Shown here piece by piece: positions 14,101 through 26,100 of a stretch of 64,000 nucleotides of DNA. The notes beneath the pieces are model-generated. The model ran no database searches and had not been told where the DNA came from. It worked only from the letters and a program-made list of their open reading frames with translations. Every line of letters begins with the position of its first letter. The stretch's first letter is position 1. Source of the DNA: Lingula anatina (Eukaryota > Animalia > Brachiopoda); NCBI GenBank assembly GCA_051362555.1, contig CM120642.1:27156001-27220000 (forward strand), written 5' to 3'. Both the position numbers and the translations under genes were made by a program.

Positions 14101-15158
14101 CGCTACTGGAATCGGCAGACACGCTGATAGTGGATGATGAATTTCGACGATCCCTGGTTCTCAGGGTGATATCTTAAGGTGTAGGCAGAATCTACTAGCA
14201 TACTTAAACCCCAAGAAGAGCTGTCATTATGAAAAAGCAGGCGATTGACTGGATAGGGTTCCAATAGATGTTTGAGCAAAAGAACAAAATGTTTATGGCG
14301 CAAAATAGGATTTTTATGCTTAACTTCATGTAAATTACCGATTCCAATTCCATCCAGGAACCAACCAATCAAAACTTATCAATAAAGATCGATTGAAGTT
14401 CTTGGCGACCAGACGTGGTCTTAGTTTCTCGTGATAAGATATATGCACGATACTTCTACCTGATGCTGGCTTGCATGATTTTCTTTGCGTCTTTTAAGTA
14501 AACGGTGAAACGAACGTGCAAATATCTGAGGTTGCGAAATTGACCTGTAACCACTAACTATGCTACTAACACACACGTACTTGAGGTTAAACCTACTGGG
14601 GTAAAATAGGAACACCTGTATACTTGGGTCGACCTTTACGTTTTTTCTTTTCAAATAAATTGCAGTGAAATTAGAACACAAGTGTTGTTAAATAAATGGC
14701 GATACATTTCCTATTGCAAAATTGACCCCGCAACAACAAAATTCAAGCATTTAATACCCCGCGAGGACTAGCAATACAAATACTTGACAGCGCTCAACAG
14801 TAAGCACTTACTTCTTTCCGGCCAATAGTTGAGCTAGAAGCACGGCAGCAAAACCTTTCGTTAAAGATCCTATCGGGAATGCTGTCGAGGAAGTGACTTC
14901 ACGTTGGGTCTCAAGGTCTGCGATGCCATAGCCTTCGCTGAGAAGGACGTTCCCGTCGTGGACGATGGATAGCGCGAAGGCTGGGTCCCCCTTGCACTGG
15001 AGAGTCGTGTTCACGAAGCGTCTCAGCTCCTGAAACTGTTCAGCAGTAAGGACGGCTCTTGCTCCCCCTAGCAGCGACAAAAGCCACAGAGAGAGCAGTA
15101 CGACTGAGATGGAGACGCCCAGCTTGTTCTGGCGAGGCCTCTTTAACGCTTCCATCAT
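8101..15158 (-). CDS. Beta-lactamase/penicillin-binding-protein-fold serine hydrolase, about 599 aa, with signal peptide and C-terminal hydrophobic tail
   Basis: Exons 15158-14812, 12118-11939, 11550-11269, 10806-10541 and 8825-8101 total 1800 nt in frame. Motifs: IGSLTK (SxxK), ILSHRTG, FSYNN (YxN), AAGALYSTADDMAKWL, YGFGW and WHSG. N-terminal hydrophobic segment; C-terminus INLLTFTVFIINIITFVTW*. Confidence 0.92.
10295..10535. repeat. Duplicated compound (CT)n/(GT)n/(GC)n microsatellite block
   Basis: Two ~125-bp units, each with (CT)n, then (GT/GC)n, then gtggga..tattcagacag. Confidence 0.85.
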
Positions 15159-16946
15159 GCTAGAGCACAGGTGTGTGCGTACGCCTAATCTCGCAATTGT
15201 TGTCACACTATGTCAGTGATATGGTGAAATGTCAGAACTAGGGTACTGTACATGTGAGCACTTCAATCTTACAGCACTCTCTTCAGCGTGGAACCGAACC
15301 TTTATTGTATAAGGCTGACAAAACAATCTTCCTTTATATAGCAATCCATCATCGAAGGGACAACCGATTCGCATCTTCACCCTTCCTGCCTTGTCATTTT
15401 TCAACGTCCATTGTGTGACTCGCGTCTTTCATCCCTGTCGCTGTTTTTTTTTTATTATTATTATAATGCGTGCAAATGGACAAACAATCTCACCGCAACA
15501 GTCAATGCACTATTAGACGAGCGCGTGAAATGAAACTGAAAAATCTCCGAGAAAGCGAGAGCAGCATGATCGATCCACCGTCAATAGAAGGCATTAAAGC
15601 GCACAGCGCAACTGTTTGCTTAGGTTACGTATTGACTGGAAGTTAGCGTCGCCTAAAGGTATAAAGTTTGAAGTACACCTCGCTTCACCATGGGATATTG
15701 GATTTCGGTCCCGGATTTTTGTGCTCGTGGAATACTTTCCGTATACATCCAGGGACATCGCCAACAAACAGTGCTTTAAGCAATATACCATTATGAAAAG
15801 TGATACTAAATGCATTTAGCGGTGCGGGTGAAATTGGCATATATTTGCTAATATTTCTATATTGAAATCCATTTTTGGTCTTTCGTCAAGTTTTTGTTCC
15901 AACAAATAGTGCTCTCGTTTACCTTAATTACTTTTCAAAACGCAGTCGGTTTTAGTTTGTTTTTGGAAACTAGAAATAGACTGGTGAAAAATATCGAACA
16001 CTGAAGTGCAAATTCAAACCTAACAGCTTCAGAAGATGACAGGCGACAATCAGAATGCAATTTTATTGTTTATTTAGAGATTGTTCACGATTAGCAAAAA
16101 TCTTGATTTATCTATGAATGTTACAATATTCTTGTAGAACGGGCCATTCTTAACCCTACACACAGTATTCATTCTAGCACTAACCATAATAAGTCACGTA
16201 AATAATTACCGATACGTGTACATCAACTTTTTAAACATCAGAAGACGTAGCACTTTTGTAGAGAAACGATAGTGTAGTTTGCAAGTAATGACGACAAAAT
16301 TTTTATTCAGAACTGATTTTTTTTAAACTAGTTATTTAAAGATAATAAAATTAATTTTTGGAGCCTTTCACTTTTACCACCGAATTTACGAGTCACGTAA
16401 AGTCGTCCTTTTATTGTACAATTTATAATCCGTCTGCGTGTTACTGGCGAAAATGCTTCAAGTTCAACAGATTTTTGCACTGGAAAACATCTGTGATATA
16501 TTTGTCAAACAAAACTTTTCAAAGCAATATTTGCACATGTTGAATAATGAATCGTTAATTGTTATAGCTGAAAAATAAATGTGCTATCAACTATGCTGGT
16601 AATGTGGACAAGGCACGTTTACTTGCCAAGAATACACACTTTTAATAATAAAATGGCTTTTCCCTGTAATGTTGAGGTACTTTGCGACACTTGGTTACAG
16701 TAATCATACCATTTATCAGCTTAAAACCACACCTTTTTCAAGCAAGCACAATTATGGTTTTTAATTCATTAGAAGTCACAACTGCAAATTTATATCAGTT
16801 CACTTTTTTCGATGAAATTCATCAAAAAGCTAATTTTCATAATATCCTTCATAGTAAATGGAAGTCTCTTTTCTCTAATTTTGGTTTCACTGTCACGCAG
16901 ATAAAACATAAGAATAACACTTCCTTCCTTCTTTTCAGGACTTGTA

Positions 16947-17678
16947 TCATAATGTCCTTCCAAGTTGAAAATACAAGTCTTTCCTGGTTAAAAATTGATT
17001 GGGATAAAATCGCAGGCCTTCTACGGACTCGTCTCTACAAACTCCTCCTGACTTCTCTGTCAATAGTAACCTAAAACACACAAAAAAAATCCTTAAATTC
17101 TTATCAATAAAACTGCATTATTTAATGTCATTATTGCAAAATACAAAATTACCTTCTTTAAAAAATGCACAGTTTCAGGGTGTGGTAGAAAATGAGGCAG
17201 GTGTCAGGTGTGAGACTTAAAGAGCATGTCCGTGTGCTTGGTGTGACACACAGATTTAAGTGCTAAATATAAATGTGCAGCAGACACGACAGTGTTACAT
17301 GTGACTGTATACTAAGGATAACAATGTGTGAGGTGTGACTGTAAAAAAAATGCTAAAAATGTGTTAGCTGTGGCTGCATATCTAAGATGACTACATGTTA
17401 AGTATGACTGAAAATCAAAGATAACAATGCCTTATAAGGGTATTTTAAAGATGATATTGTGTTAGATGTGAATGAATATCAACCACTGAAGTGTTTTAGG
17501 TGAGTCTACATGTCAGACATGATAGTATGTTATGTGTGACTGCATATCAGACATGCCAGTATGTTTATTTCTTTTAACTCTCAATACTCACCTTTCTTTG
17601 GCTAAAATAACTGACAACCCAGCCATAGTTGATAGCTCCTCAGCAGTCAGTGAACCATTCTCCTCTACCTGATGACAA

Positions 17679-17737
<59 letters not shown>

Positions 17738-20700
17738 ATGTATAGGAAAATACTTGATAATCTGCATTTATCATTTACAGCTGACAGACAAGGTTTTATT
17801 GTCTTGTGTAAGAATGTTAAACATCCACTTTTTACAATTTTACATCTGCTTGGATATAAGTGGTGATCAAAAAACAAACAAACCAGTTTTGCGGTTTTCT
17901 CTATAGACTCCTCTTCACTATGTGATTGCAACTGTAACACTTGCACTCCACTGTCAAATGACTTGAGCCTGTAAAAGTAGATACGAGTTATAAGTAAATG
18001 TGAACATTGTCATGAAAAAACATGTTATAATCAAACATGTAGAAACACAAATCAAACATGAGATATATGAAAACTAGATTAAAATACACCAAGATAATAA
18101 TTTAAAGAAACCAAAATTGTCTTTGTTGCTTGGTTTATGTTATTGTTAATATCAAATATTATGGACTTTTTTACCATAAGCATACCTGACAGGTAGTTTT
18201 AACACCTCCAGCAGTTTACAAGCACTTATGAGATCTTCTGGGGAAAGGAGCTGAAACAGCAACAGATAACTGCACCAAACTAAGTACACTGGCATAAATA
18301 ACAGATTATTTGTGAAAAAGTACTGCACCAAACTCTGCCATAAATAACAGATTATTCATCAATAAAACAATCAAACCCCACCACTTGATACCACATTGTT
18401 TCGTAAAACAAGAAAATAAACAAAATGAATAAGTATATTAGAAACTTAAGAGGGTTACTTTCCTAGAGAAAAAAACAATGAAATAAAAGTAGATTTTTGG
18501 AGATTTTTAGAATTTGACCAATGAAATAAGTCTATACTTATTATAAGAGAGAGAAAAACATTCAATAATCAATACATACTGGTATATGCATGCACAAGAA
18601 TACACCCCCTCACCCACCCACACCCACCCACAGTCATCAAGTCCCCATACCTCCATTCCTCTTGCTCTGTTTACCCTACAGTAGACATCAGTCAGTGTCA
18701 TTATGCCACCACTCTCCTGAAACAGAAACGTGGAAAATATTTTTAACAGATATAACAAAATGATTGTCTTTTGTATCTCGTGTGCCAGTATAACACTGTG
18801 CCAGGTACATTATCAAGAGGTGCACTAATTACACACAAATTCTGAACACTTGACAATAAGACTGAATATCTAAATAAATGTGATAGTATATAAGACAGTG
18901 TGCTAGGTGTGACTCCATGTCTGGTTAAACAGTGTGTTAGGTGTGACAGTGTGTTAGGTGTGACAGTGTGTTAGGTGTGACTATGCACCTGAAATTATGT
19001 GATAAATTGTGTGGTATTGTATTAGGTGAAACTGCATATCTGGTGTGAGGGTGTTTAAATTAAAATAGTGTTTTTTTGTGTGTCTCAGTGTGCTAGGTGT
19101 GACAGTGTAGGTATGACAGCAAGTGCTTATGTTTAACCCACCCTCAGTGGCTGCTCCAACATGGAGCCTATCTGTTTTGCCAGTTCCCTGTAGTAACTTT
19201 GCCCAGATCCATGGGTTTCTCTGGTGACAGGATCATCTACTCCCAAACTTAGCAAGTAAGACTGGAGGCGGATTGTCTGGAAAAAAAAACAGCAACACCA
19301 GTCTTAAAACAGTTAGGTGCAACACAAATGCTTGCATTGTCTACATTTAAAAACCACATGAGCCTGTGTAAAAATAATCACCGATACAGAAGAAAATTGT
19401 CTTTCACCCTTAAACATACATACACAATTCTGAGAATACATATGGAAACATGTACCATGAAGAAAATGTGGACAATATAAAATAGGTATACCAGTGAAAT
19501 GTTACTTGTCTTCAACTTTATTACCAATCTTGCATACTTTGGTACACTGATGTGATTTTTATCAAAGGAATCAAAAGCACCCATTTTTTGCCTTTCATCA
19601 ACCACACTGATTATTTCTTTACCTCATCCTCTGTTATGTCTCCCTGTTTTTCTTTGATTTTGCTAGAAATCCCCTTGGCAAGTGTCACCATATCTTTTGC
19701 CTAGAGAACATAAAGTTATCCACTCTACTGTATCTTATCAATTTTTTGTAAACAATGTTTCTAAAGGGCTGACCTTACCCCAAAGACAGAACCTTAGGCT
19801 TCACTTTTAATAACCTAATATGTTATAATTAAGTGAATTTCCACTGAAAATAATTATTCAATATTCTATTTAATCCCATAAGATAGTAATAATATTCCAT
19901 ATAAAACAAAGCTTTTAAAAAATGAACCTGAACATTACAAAAAGAAAAGATTCTTTTTTACAAAATTTACTTTACCTTTGCAATTAGTTTATTCAAATCC
20001 TCAAATGCTACAGATATATTCTGATCAGTTTCCTTGTGCTTTTGTTGGATATTTCTCTCTATCCCCACAATTCCTGCTGCTCTTACGTGCCTTTTCTACA
20101 AAATCAAACAACATAAGCAAATTATCAAAACTTTCATTTAAAAGCATGCAACTGACCAATGTAAGACTACTGATCCAACATGACAACTAGTGTTTAAAAT
20201 AATACTGATCTCCAAACAATATCTTATATACTTAAATCATGATAAGAAAAAGATATATCCACTTAGCAACTACAGATTGTCAATTGCAATATATCCATAC
20301 CCATGCACAGCATATAAATTATACAATGTGCCTACTTTTGTGTAAATTAATGAAAGCATGAAGGTCATGTATTAAACCTACTAACGCTGTTGCTAAAAAA
20401 TTAAGTAACATCTTCAACTTTTCAAAACCGTCCAATATCAGTCTTTATTCAAAATGTCAGGTGAGCTGTGCAGTTTTCTATTTGTCATGTGCTATAACTA
20501 CATGTGTTTGAACTGTTGCCTAGCAATGAAAGCCACATGCTGTTGTAACCTATGTGTGAAACATTTGCCCAGCATGGAGATCACATGTGTGTGAACTCTT
20601 GCAAAGCATGAAGGTCATGTGCTGTACCTACCTGTGTGTGAACTCTTGCCTAGCATGAAGGTCACATGCTGCACCTACCTGTGTGTGAACTGTGCCCAGC

Positions 20701-22311
20701 ATGTAGGTCACATGCTGTACCTACCTGTGTGTGAACTCTGCCCAGCATGTAGGTTACATGCTGCACCTACCTGCGTGTAAACTCTGCCCAGCATGTAGGT
20801 CACATGCTGTACCTACCTGTGTGTGAACTGTGCCCAGCATGTAGGTCACATGCTGTACCTACCTGTGTGTGAACTCTGCCCAGCATGTAGGTCACATGCT
20901 GTACCTACCTGTGTGTAAACTCTGGCTTAGCATGGAGGCCACATGCTGTATTAATACATACCTGTGAAGCTGGTTGATGTGACGTCAGGGGAATATGTTC
21001 CCACCTCCTGTGGGCCAACTCATCTGCTAAGCACCTGTAAAACTAAGAGTTTAATGTTGTTTTATGGCTCTGCACAGTCACTCACATAACCGACAAACTA
21101 CCACATGGAATAAAACCAATAAATCCAGTATTGTACATGATGCCATTTTTAGAATGTTTATATTTTCCACACCATTCCATCACAGTGTTAAGCTGAATCA
21201 AACTAAAACAGTCCTAAGTTTTTGTTGACTGAAATCTAAATTTTCCCATTATATAAACTATTTTGAAAGTCAAACACTGGTGTCAAATACAGTAAACTCT
21301 CCCACCAACTATCATAAGACACTACCTCTGTCATCCCTCCCTGTGTGAAGGAAAACCTGATGTAATGGTTCCTGCTGGTGGTGGCTGGTCCAGGCTGTTT
21401 GCCTGGCATTGGGGCACTGAGGTGAGCCAGGATTTTAGGGCTGGATGAAGAATAGAAACTATATGTAATACTGTGCTGCTATGTAGGGTGTATACTGATT
21501 TTTTTTTTGACTTCTTCAATTCCTTTTATGTTGGCTGGTATCTAGGGCCCCATTCAGAATAGGGGACTAATTAGTCCGAGGGTCATTTATGGCAACCCAC
21601 TACAAACCTTGCCATCTAATCTAATTTTCATCTAGCCAAACATACATCATGCAGAAAAAGGTCTGTACATTTATCATTATTAATCAAACAATTTAATAAT
21701 TTATTGACTGGGAAAAGAAATCGCCTTATCAACAACAGGAATCGGTTCCTTTCTTTGCCACTTACTATTTACCTTTTACTAAAACCTCCTGCTTGTTCCT
21801 CTACAAACACAATTAAGGATAAGGGCAAGGACAGGACACATGTCTAAAAATAAATTAAAGAAATAAAACTAGAAAAACAGATAATCATTTAATTCAAGAG
21901 ATAAATGTGCAATGAATATATCTGTACTGGCTATCTTGTGATGAACATAAATATATAAGAAATATAAGCTGTATAGTTTGACATATACATCCTGAAGCAC
22001 TGTCTTCGAGGCAATGACTGGATTGAATTAAATGGCGCATAATTAAACTGCATAGTGCGAATAGGAATTTATATGCATGCATGTGTGTCTATCCATTCTC
22101 ACCCAGTTCATCTCTCTCTCTCTGTAAGGGGGGTATTAGCACTAAATATTCATGCATTAGCACTCCTACTGACGATTCTGATATGTACTGTTTGTGCTAA
22201 CAGACACAGCACAGACAGTACATATCAGAATCGTCAATAGGAGTGCTAACGCATGAATTTTCGTGCTAGGGGGTATACTAGTGTGTGCGTGCGTGCATGC
22301 ATGAGTATGTG

Positions 22312-22361
<50 letters not shown>

Positions 22362-22866
22362 GATAGGGGATGTAGCACACATATAACTACCTGGTCCTTT
22401 GCATCTTTCCATATCAAACGGTGAGAGGTAAGCAATAATGAGCCATTATCAAATGGTGTCTGAAAAAAAACAAGTGTTTTGAAAAAAATTCACAAAATTT
22501 ATTTGTTGTATTGCTGTATCCGAGTTTTCTTTAACATTTCTTGTCGTTAATACGATTAAATTTTGTTCAGACTCTATAGCCTCTGTAAATATGAAGAACA
22601 TCTTTCAGATCTTTGTGCTGTAGTACAGATAATCACAGACCCTCACAATGTCAGTACAGTACATGTATCAGAATTCTTTCACTCTCCAGTTGAAATGGAT
22701 TACTTGGCTGTAAACAAGTGAATCCGTGCTTGACATAAGGATATACAAGGCCATGCTGTGAAGGTAGTACCTTATCTTCTCCGTCATATATCCGAACGCC
22801 TATTTGTTGAATGGAAGTGCTTTCATTTGGAAATAAGTTCCCATCCGACCACTCTAACCTGTCCAT
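16947..22866 (-). CDS. VPS36: Vacuolar protein sorting 36 (ESCRT-II subunit), about 393 aa
   Basis: 13 in-frame exons: 22866-22771, 22459-22391, 21843-21773, 21440-21326, 21042-20962, 20095-19976, 19700-19623, 19276-19142, 18716-18651, 18250-18186, 17968-17884, 17668-17592, 17070-16947. They encode the GLUE domain ([20 protein letters not shown]), [34 protein letters not shown] and [14 protein letters not shown]. Confidence 0.96.
17677..17738. repeat. (TAAA)n microsatellite
   Basis: About 15 units lying just upstream of the VPS36 exon 12 acceptor on the - strand. Confidence 0.95.
20500..20950. repeat. 46-bp minisatellite in VPS36 intron 5
   Basis: Unit catgtaggtcacatgctgtacctacctgtgtgtgaactctgcccag; ctacctg recurs at 20721, 20767, 20813, 20859 and 20905, with degenerate units toward 20500. 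Confidence 0.93.
22137..22268. mobile_element. Palindromic MITE-like element in VPS36 intron 2
   Basis: Arms tagcac..attcatgcattagcactcctactgacgattctgatatgtactgt and acagtacatatcagaatcgtcaataggagtgctaacgcatgaat..gtgcta. A diverged single arm recurs near 23499-23545. Confidence 0.75.
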
Positions 22867-23113
22867 TCTGAAACAGGAAGTGTTTTTGCTGCGGGATGAA
22901 TGACATGAGGCTACAGAACAAAATAATTTCACTATTATAAATGTATTTGATGCACATTTTTATACACCAGAAAAATGAATATTGAGGTGAAATTTTTGCA
23001 AAACCAAATTTGCCGATTTTTGAGCAATATAGTTCGTCTAATAATTCAGTCCGTGAAGTAAAGCGTCGGCCATTTTGCGTAAGACCACCTCGCAAAAATC
23101 AAAAGACGTTAAA
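22867..23113. promoter_or_regulatory. Bidirectional promoter between VPS36 and the prag01-like gene
   Basis: Divergent ATGs at 22866 (-) and 23114 (+) are 247 bp apart; ETS-like CAGGAAGT near 22874. Confidence 0.7.
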
Positions 23114-26100
23114 ATGCTTTTAAGAGCATCTCAGTTGACGCCACTTGTTAGGCGGGCTATTACCGCCTCCAGTAAGTAGCTTTTTGTCGAAATTCTATAT
23201 AAGAAAATTATTACTGTTATGGTATATTTTTCCATTTGCTCACAGGGAGAACGTGACTAATTTATGGACGAATGTCTCTTGACAAGGTCGCCCTTCGGCT
23301 TCGCTTCGAGAATATTGTTATTTTTTTACAGCAAATGTCATATTGAGATTGAAAGCCCCCAAAGTAAAAATCAAAACAAAGCAAGTTATTTTTTCAGATG
23401 AAGAACATTGGATTTATATTAGTGCATAAATATTTGGGCCCTTAGTTACTAGTAGTAGTACTTAGTAGGCAGTATCGTCCTGTAAGCAGTGGAGTTGGTA
23501 GCACTAAATTCATGCGTTACCACGCCTATTTACGGCCTCTGATATGAGATAATATTACTAGCAAGGGCTATGAAAGCAAGGGCCCCAAAAAGTGTAAAAT
23601 GACGACAAGTTTGTGCATTCACCTTGATGCAGCAGCTCTCAGAGTTTTATCTTTTTTCCTCTCATCTTCTTAACTTGCACACTCATGTAAGGCCAACCAG
23701 TTTTCTCGTCAACAGAGCCGCGACTAAAGTAAGATTCATCTGCTTGTGCTGTAGGTATGCCGCTGTGAAATCATGCATGTCCTTTGGAAGGGGCAATGGC
23801 ATCCACAAACATTTCTCAACGCGAAAAATTCATTAGAAATCATTTCCCACCAAGAAATATCTTTGGAATAATCACATTGTTTGTGCAGCTTCTGTTGTAC
23901 AGGATTCTATGCAGTAGGTTGCCTCATTATTTGACTTCTACCCGGTGCATTTTGAAGCCTGTTTTTGGTTTTCTTTTGCAGGTGTTTAATTTCACGGCAC
24001 CTTAACTGGTGGACAGCAAGATGACTATTTTATATTTAATTTCAGGGTCCAACATCCATGTATCTGCATCAGCTTTAGGTGGCCATGGTGATCTGCCTTC
24101 ACCACGAGAGAGAAATGAATACTTTGGAGTAATAATGGATAGGATGCCCAAAGCAGAGGGATCATGGAAAGAGCAGTATGACAGAAAAAACAGAGTTTAC
24201 AATATTCACATAGGCATCCAAATTGTTATTTTTATTGCCGCTGCATACTGGGTAAGATCTAATATATTTACTATTATTGTACCACCAGCGTTAGCGCTGG
24301 CGGTACACATGGTTTCGGTCCCGTCCGGATCGTTCCGCCGGCTCCGCCGGCTCCGTTGGCTCCGCCGGACGGCTACCGTTACCGCTTCTCCTCCTAGACG
24401 GTAAGGGTCCCCGTACCCATCTCATGGATTTAGGTCACCTATAATCTCAACTCGTTCCACGTAAAATTTGGGCTTTGTCGGTATTGGGGTCTGGGTCTGG
24501 CACTCATTGCAATGCACCCTTGTCTAAAAATGGCAAAATTAAATGCTAATTATCTACCCTACGGAAGGAGTAATGGGAAAAATTTCTATAGACGGCTTTC
24601 CAAAAGTCATATGTGTAGATTTCAAATATGCCCTTGGATTTGACCTTTGACCTCTACTTCAAGGTCAAATGGGCCAAAATTTTCAAAAAAATGAAATTTT
24701 TTACGAAAAAAATTTTTTTTGCCCTGTTATTCAGACACCACACAGACTTAACCAATAATATTATTGGAAAGTGTTACCCTTCAGGTCATCTTTCATCTCC
24801 ATGTATTTGGGGTCAGTCGGTGCATTTTCACGGGAGTAGCGGCCATAAGATACCAAAACTGAAAACTGTCTCTAATTCGGGAACCGTTAATGCTAGAGAC
24901 CCATTCTTTTTTGCATTTTGTAGAGCATGTAAAGCCCAACACTGGAGGTGGTCTCGTTTTTTTTGTATTCCATACGGTTTTCGAGTTACGCTGTATCAAA
25001 AAGTACATATTGGTGGTAAAAGCAAAATGTGCAGTACGGTAATGGATAATAAATTTTGAACTCTGGAAAAATAAAACATAAGGCTTGGCAAAGCAGACAA
25101 CTTGTGTTCAAAAATGCCATTATTTCATCAAATTTGAACTTCTGAAACTTCAGAGCACCTCATATTTCAAGAATTTTGACCAAAATGACATTTTTTTTAT
25201 TTTAATTAATTTTTTCTGTACGAAATTTAAGGCACATTATGGTAACTCCAAAATTATAACATCTAGTCCCTTATATCTCCAAAACTGGCAGAGATAGGTC
25301 CATAGTTACTATTGAACTTGAATAGGAAGTCATATACTGGCAATCTAAATGTGACCTTGAAATTGACCTTTGACCTACTTTTCACCATGAACTGAACTTT
25401 GCAAACTTTTCTTCCCTTTTATCTCCAAAACTGGCAGAGATAGGTCCATAGTTACTATTGAACTTGAATAGGAAGTCATATACTGGCAATCTAAATGTGA
25501 CCTTAAAATTGACCTTTGACCTACTTTACACCATGAACTGAATTTTGCAAATTTTGCTTTCCTTTTATCTCCAAAACTGGCTGAGATAGGTCCGTAGTTA
25601 CTATTGAACTTGATTAGGAAGTCATATACTGGCAATCTAAATGTGACCTTAAAATTGACCTTTGACCTACTTTTCACCATAAACTGAACTTTGCAAAATT
25701 TGCTTCCCTTTTATCTCCAAAACTGGCAGAGATAGGTCCATAGTTACTATTGAACTTGAATAGAAAGTCATATACTGGCAATCTAAATGTGACCTTAAAA
25801 TTGACCTTTGACCTACTTTTCACCATGAACTGAACTTTGCAAATTTTTCTTCCCTTTTATCTCCAAAACTGGCTGAGATAGGTCCGTAGTTACTATTGAA
25901 CTTGAATAGGAAGTCATATACTGGCAATCTAAATGTGACCTTAAAATTGACCTTTGACCTACTTTTCACCATAAACTGAACTTTGCAAAATTTGCTTCCC
26001 TTTTATCTCCAAAACTGGCAGAGATAGGTCCATAGTTACTATTGAACTTGAATAGAAAGTCATATACTGGCAATCTAAATGTGACCTTAAAATTGACCTT

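Noticed and set aside
14103-14681. ORFs of 86-89 aa in intron 1 of the beta-lactamase-like gene
   Set aside because: No recognisable motifs or consistent splice structure; possibly decayed TE sequence.
8101-15158. Bacterial contamination or recent horizontal transfer of a beta-lactamase
   Set aside because: Four spliceosomal introns, a eukaryotic signal/GPI-like architecture and animal flanking genes.
24628-25059. 143-aa ORF inside the Helentron-like element
   Set aside because: No Rep/helicase or transposase motifs; low-complexity composition.
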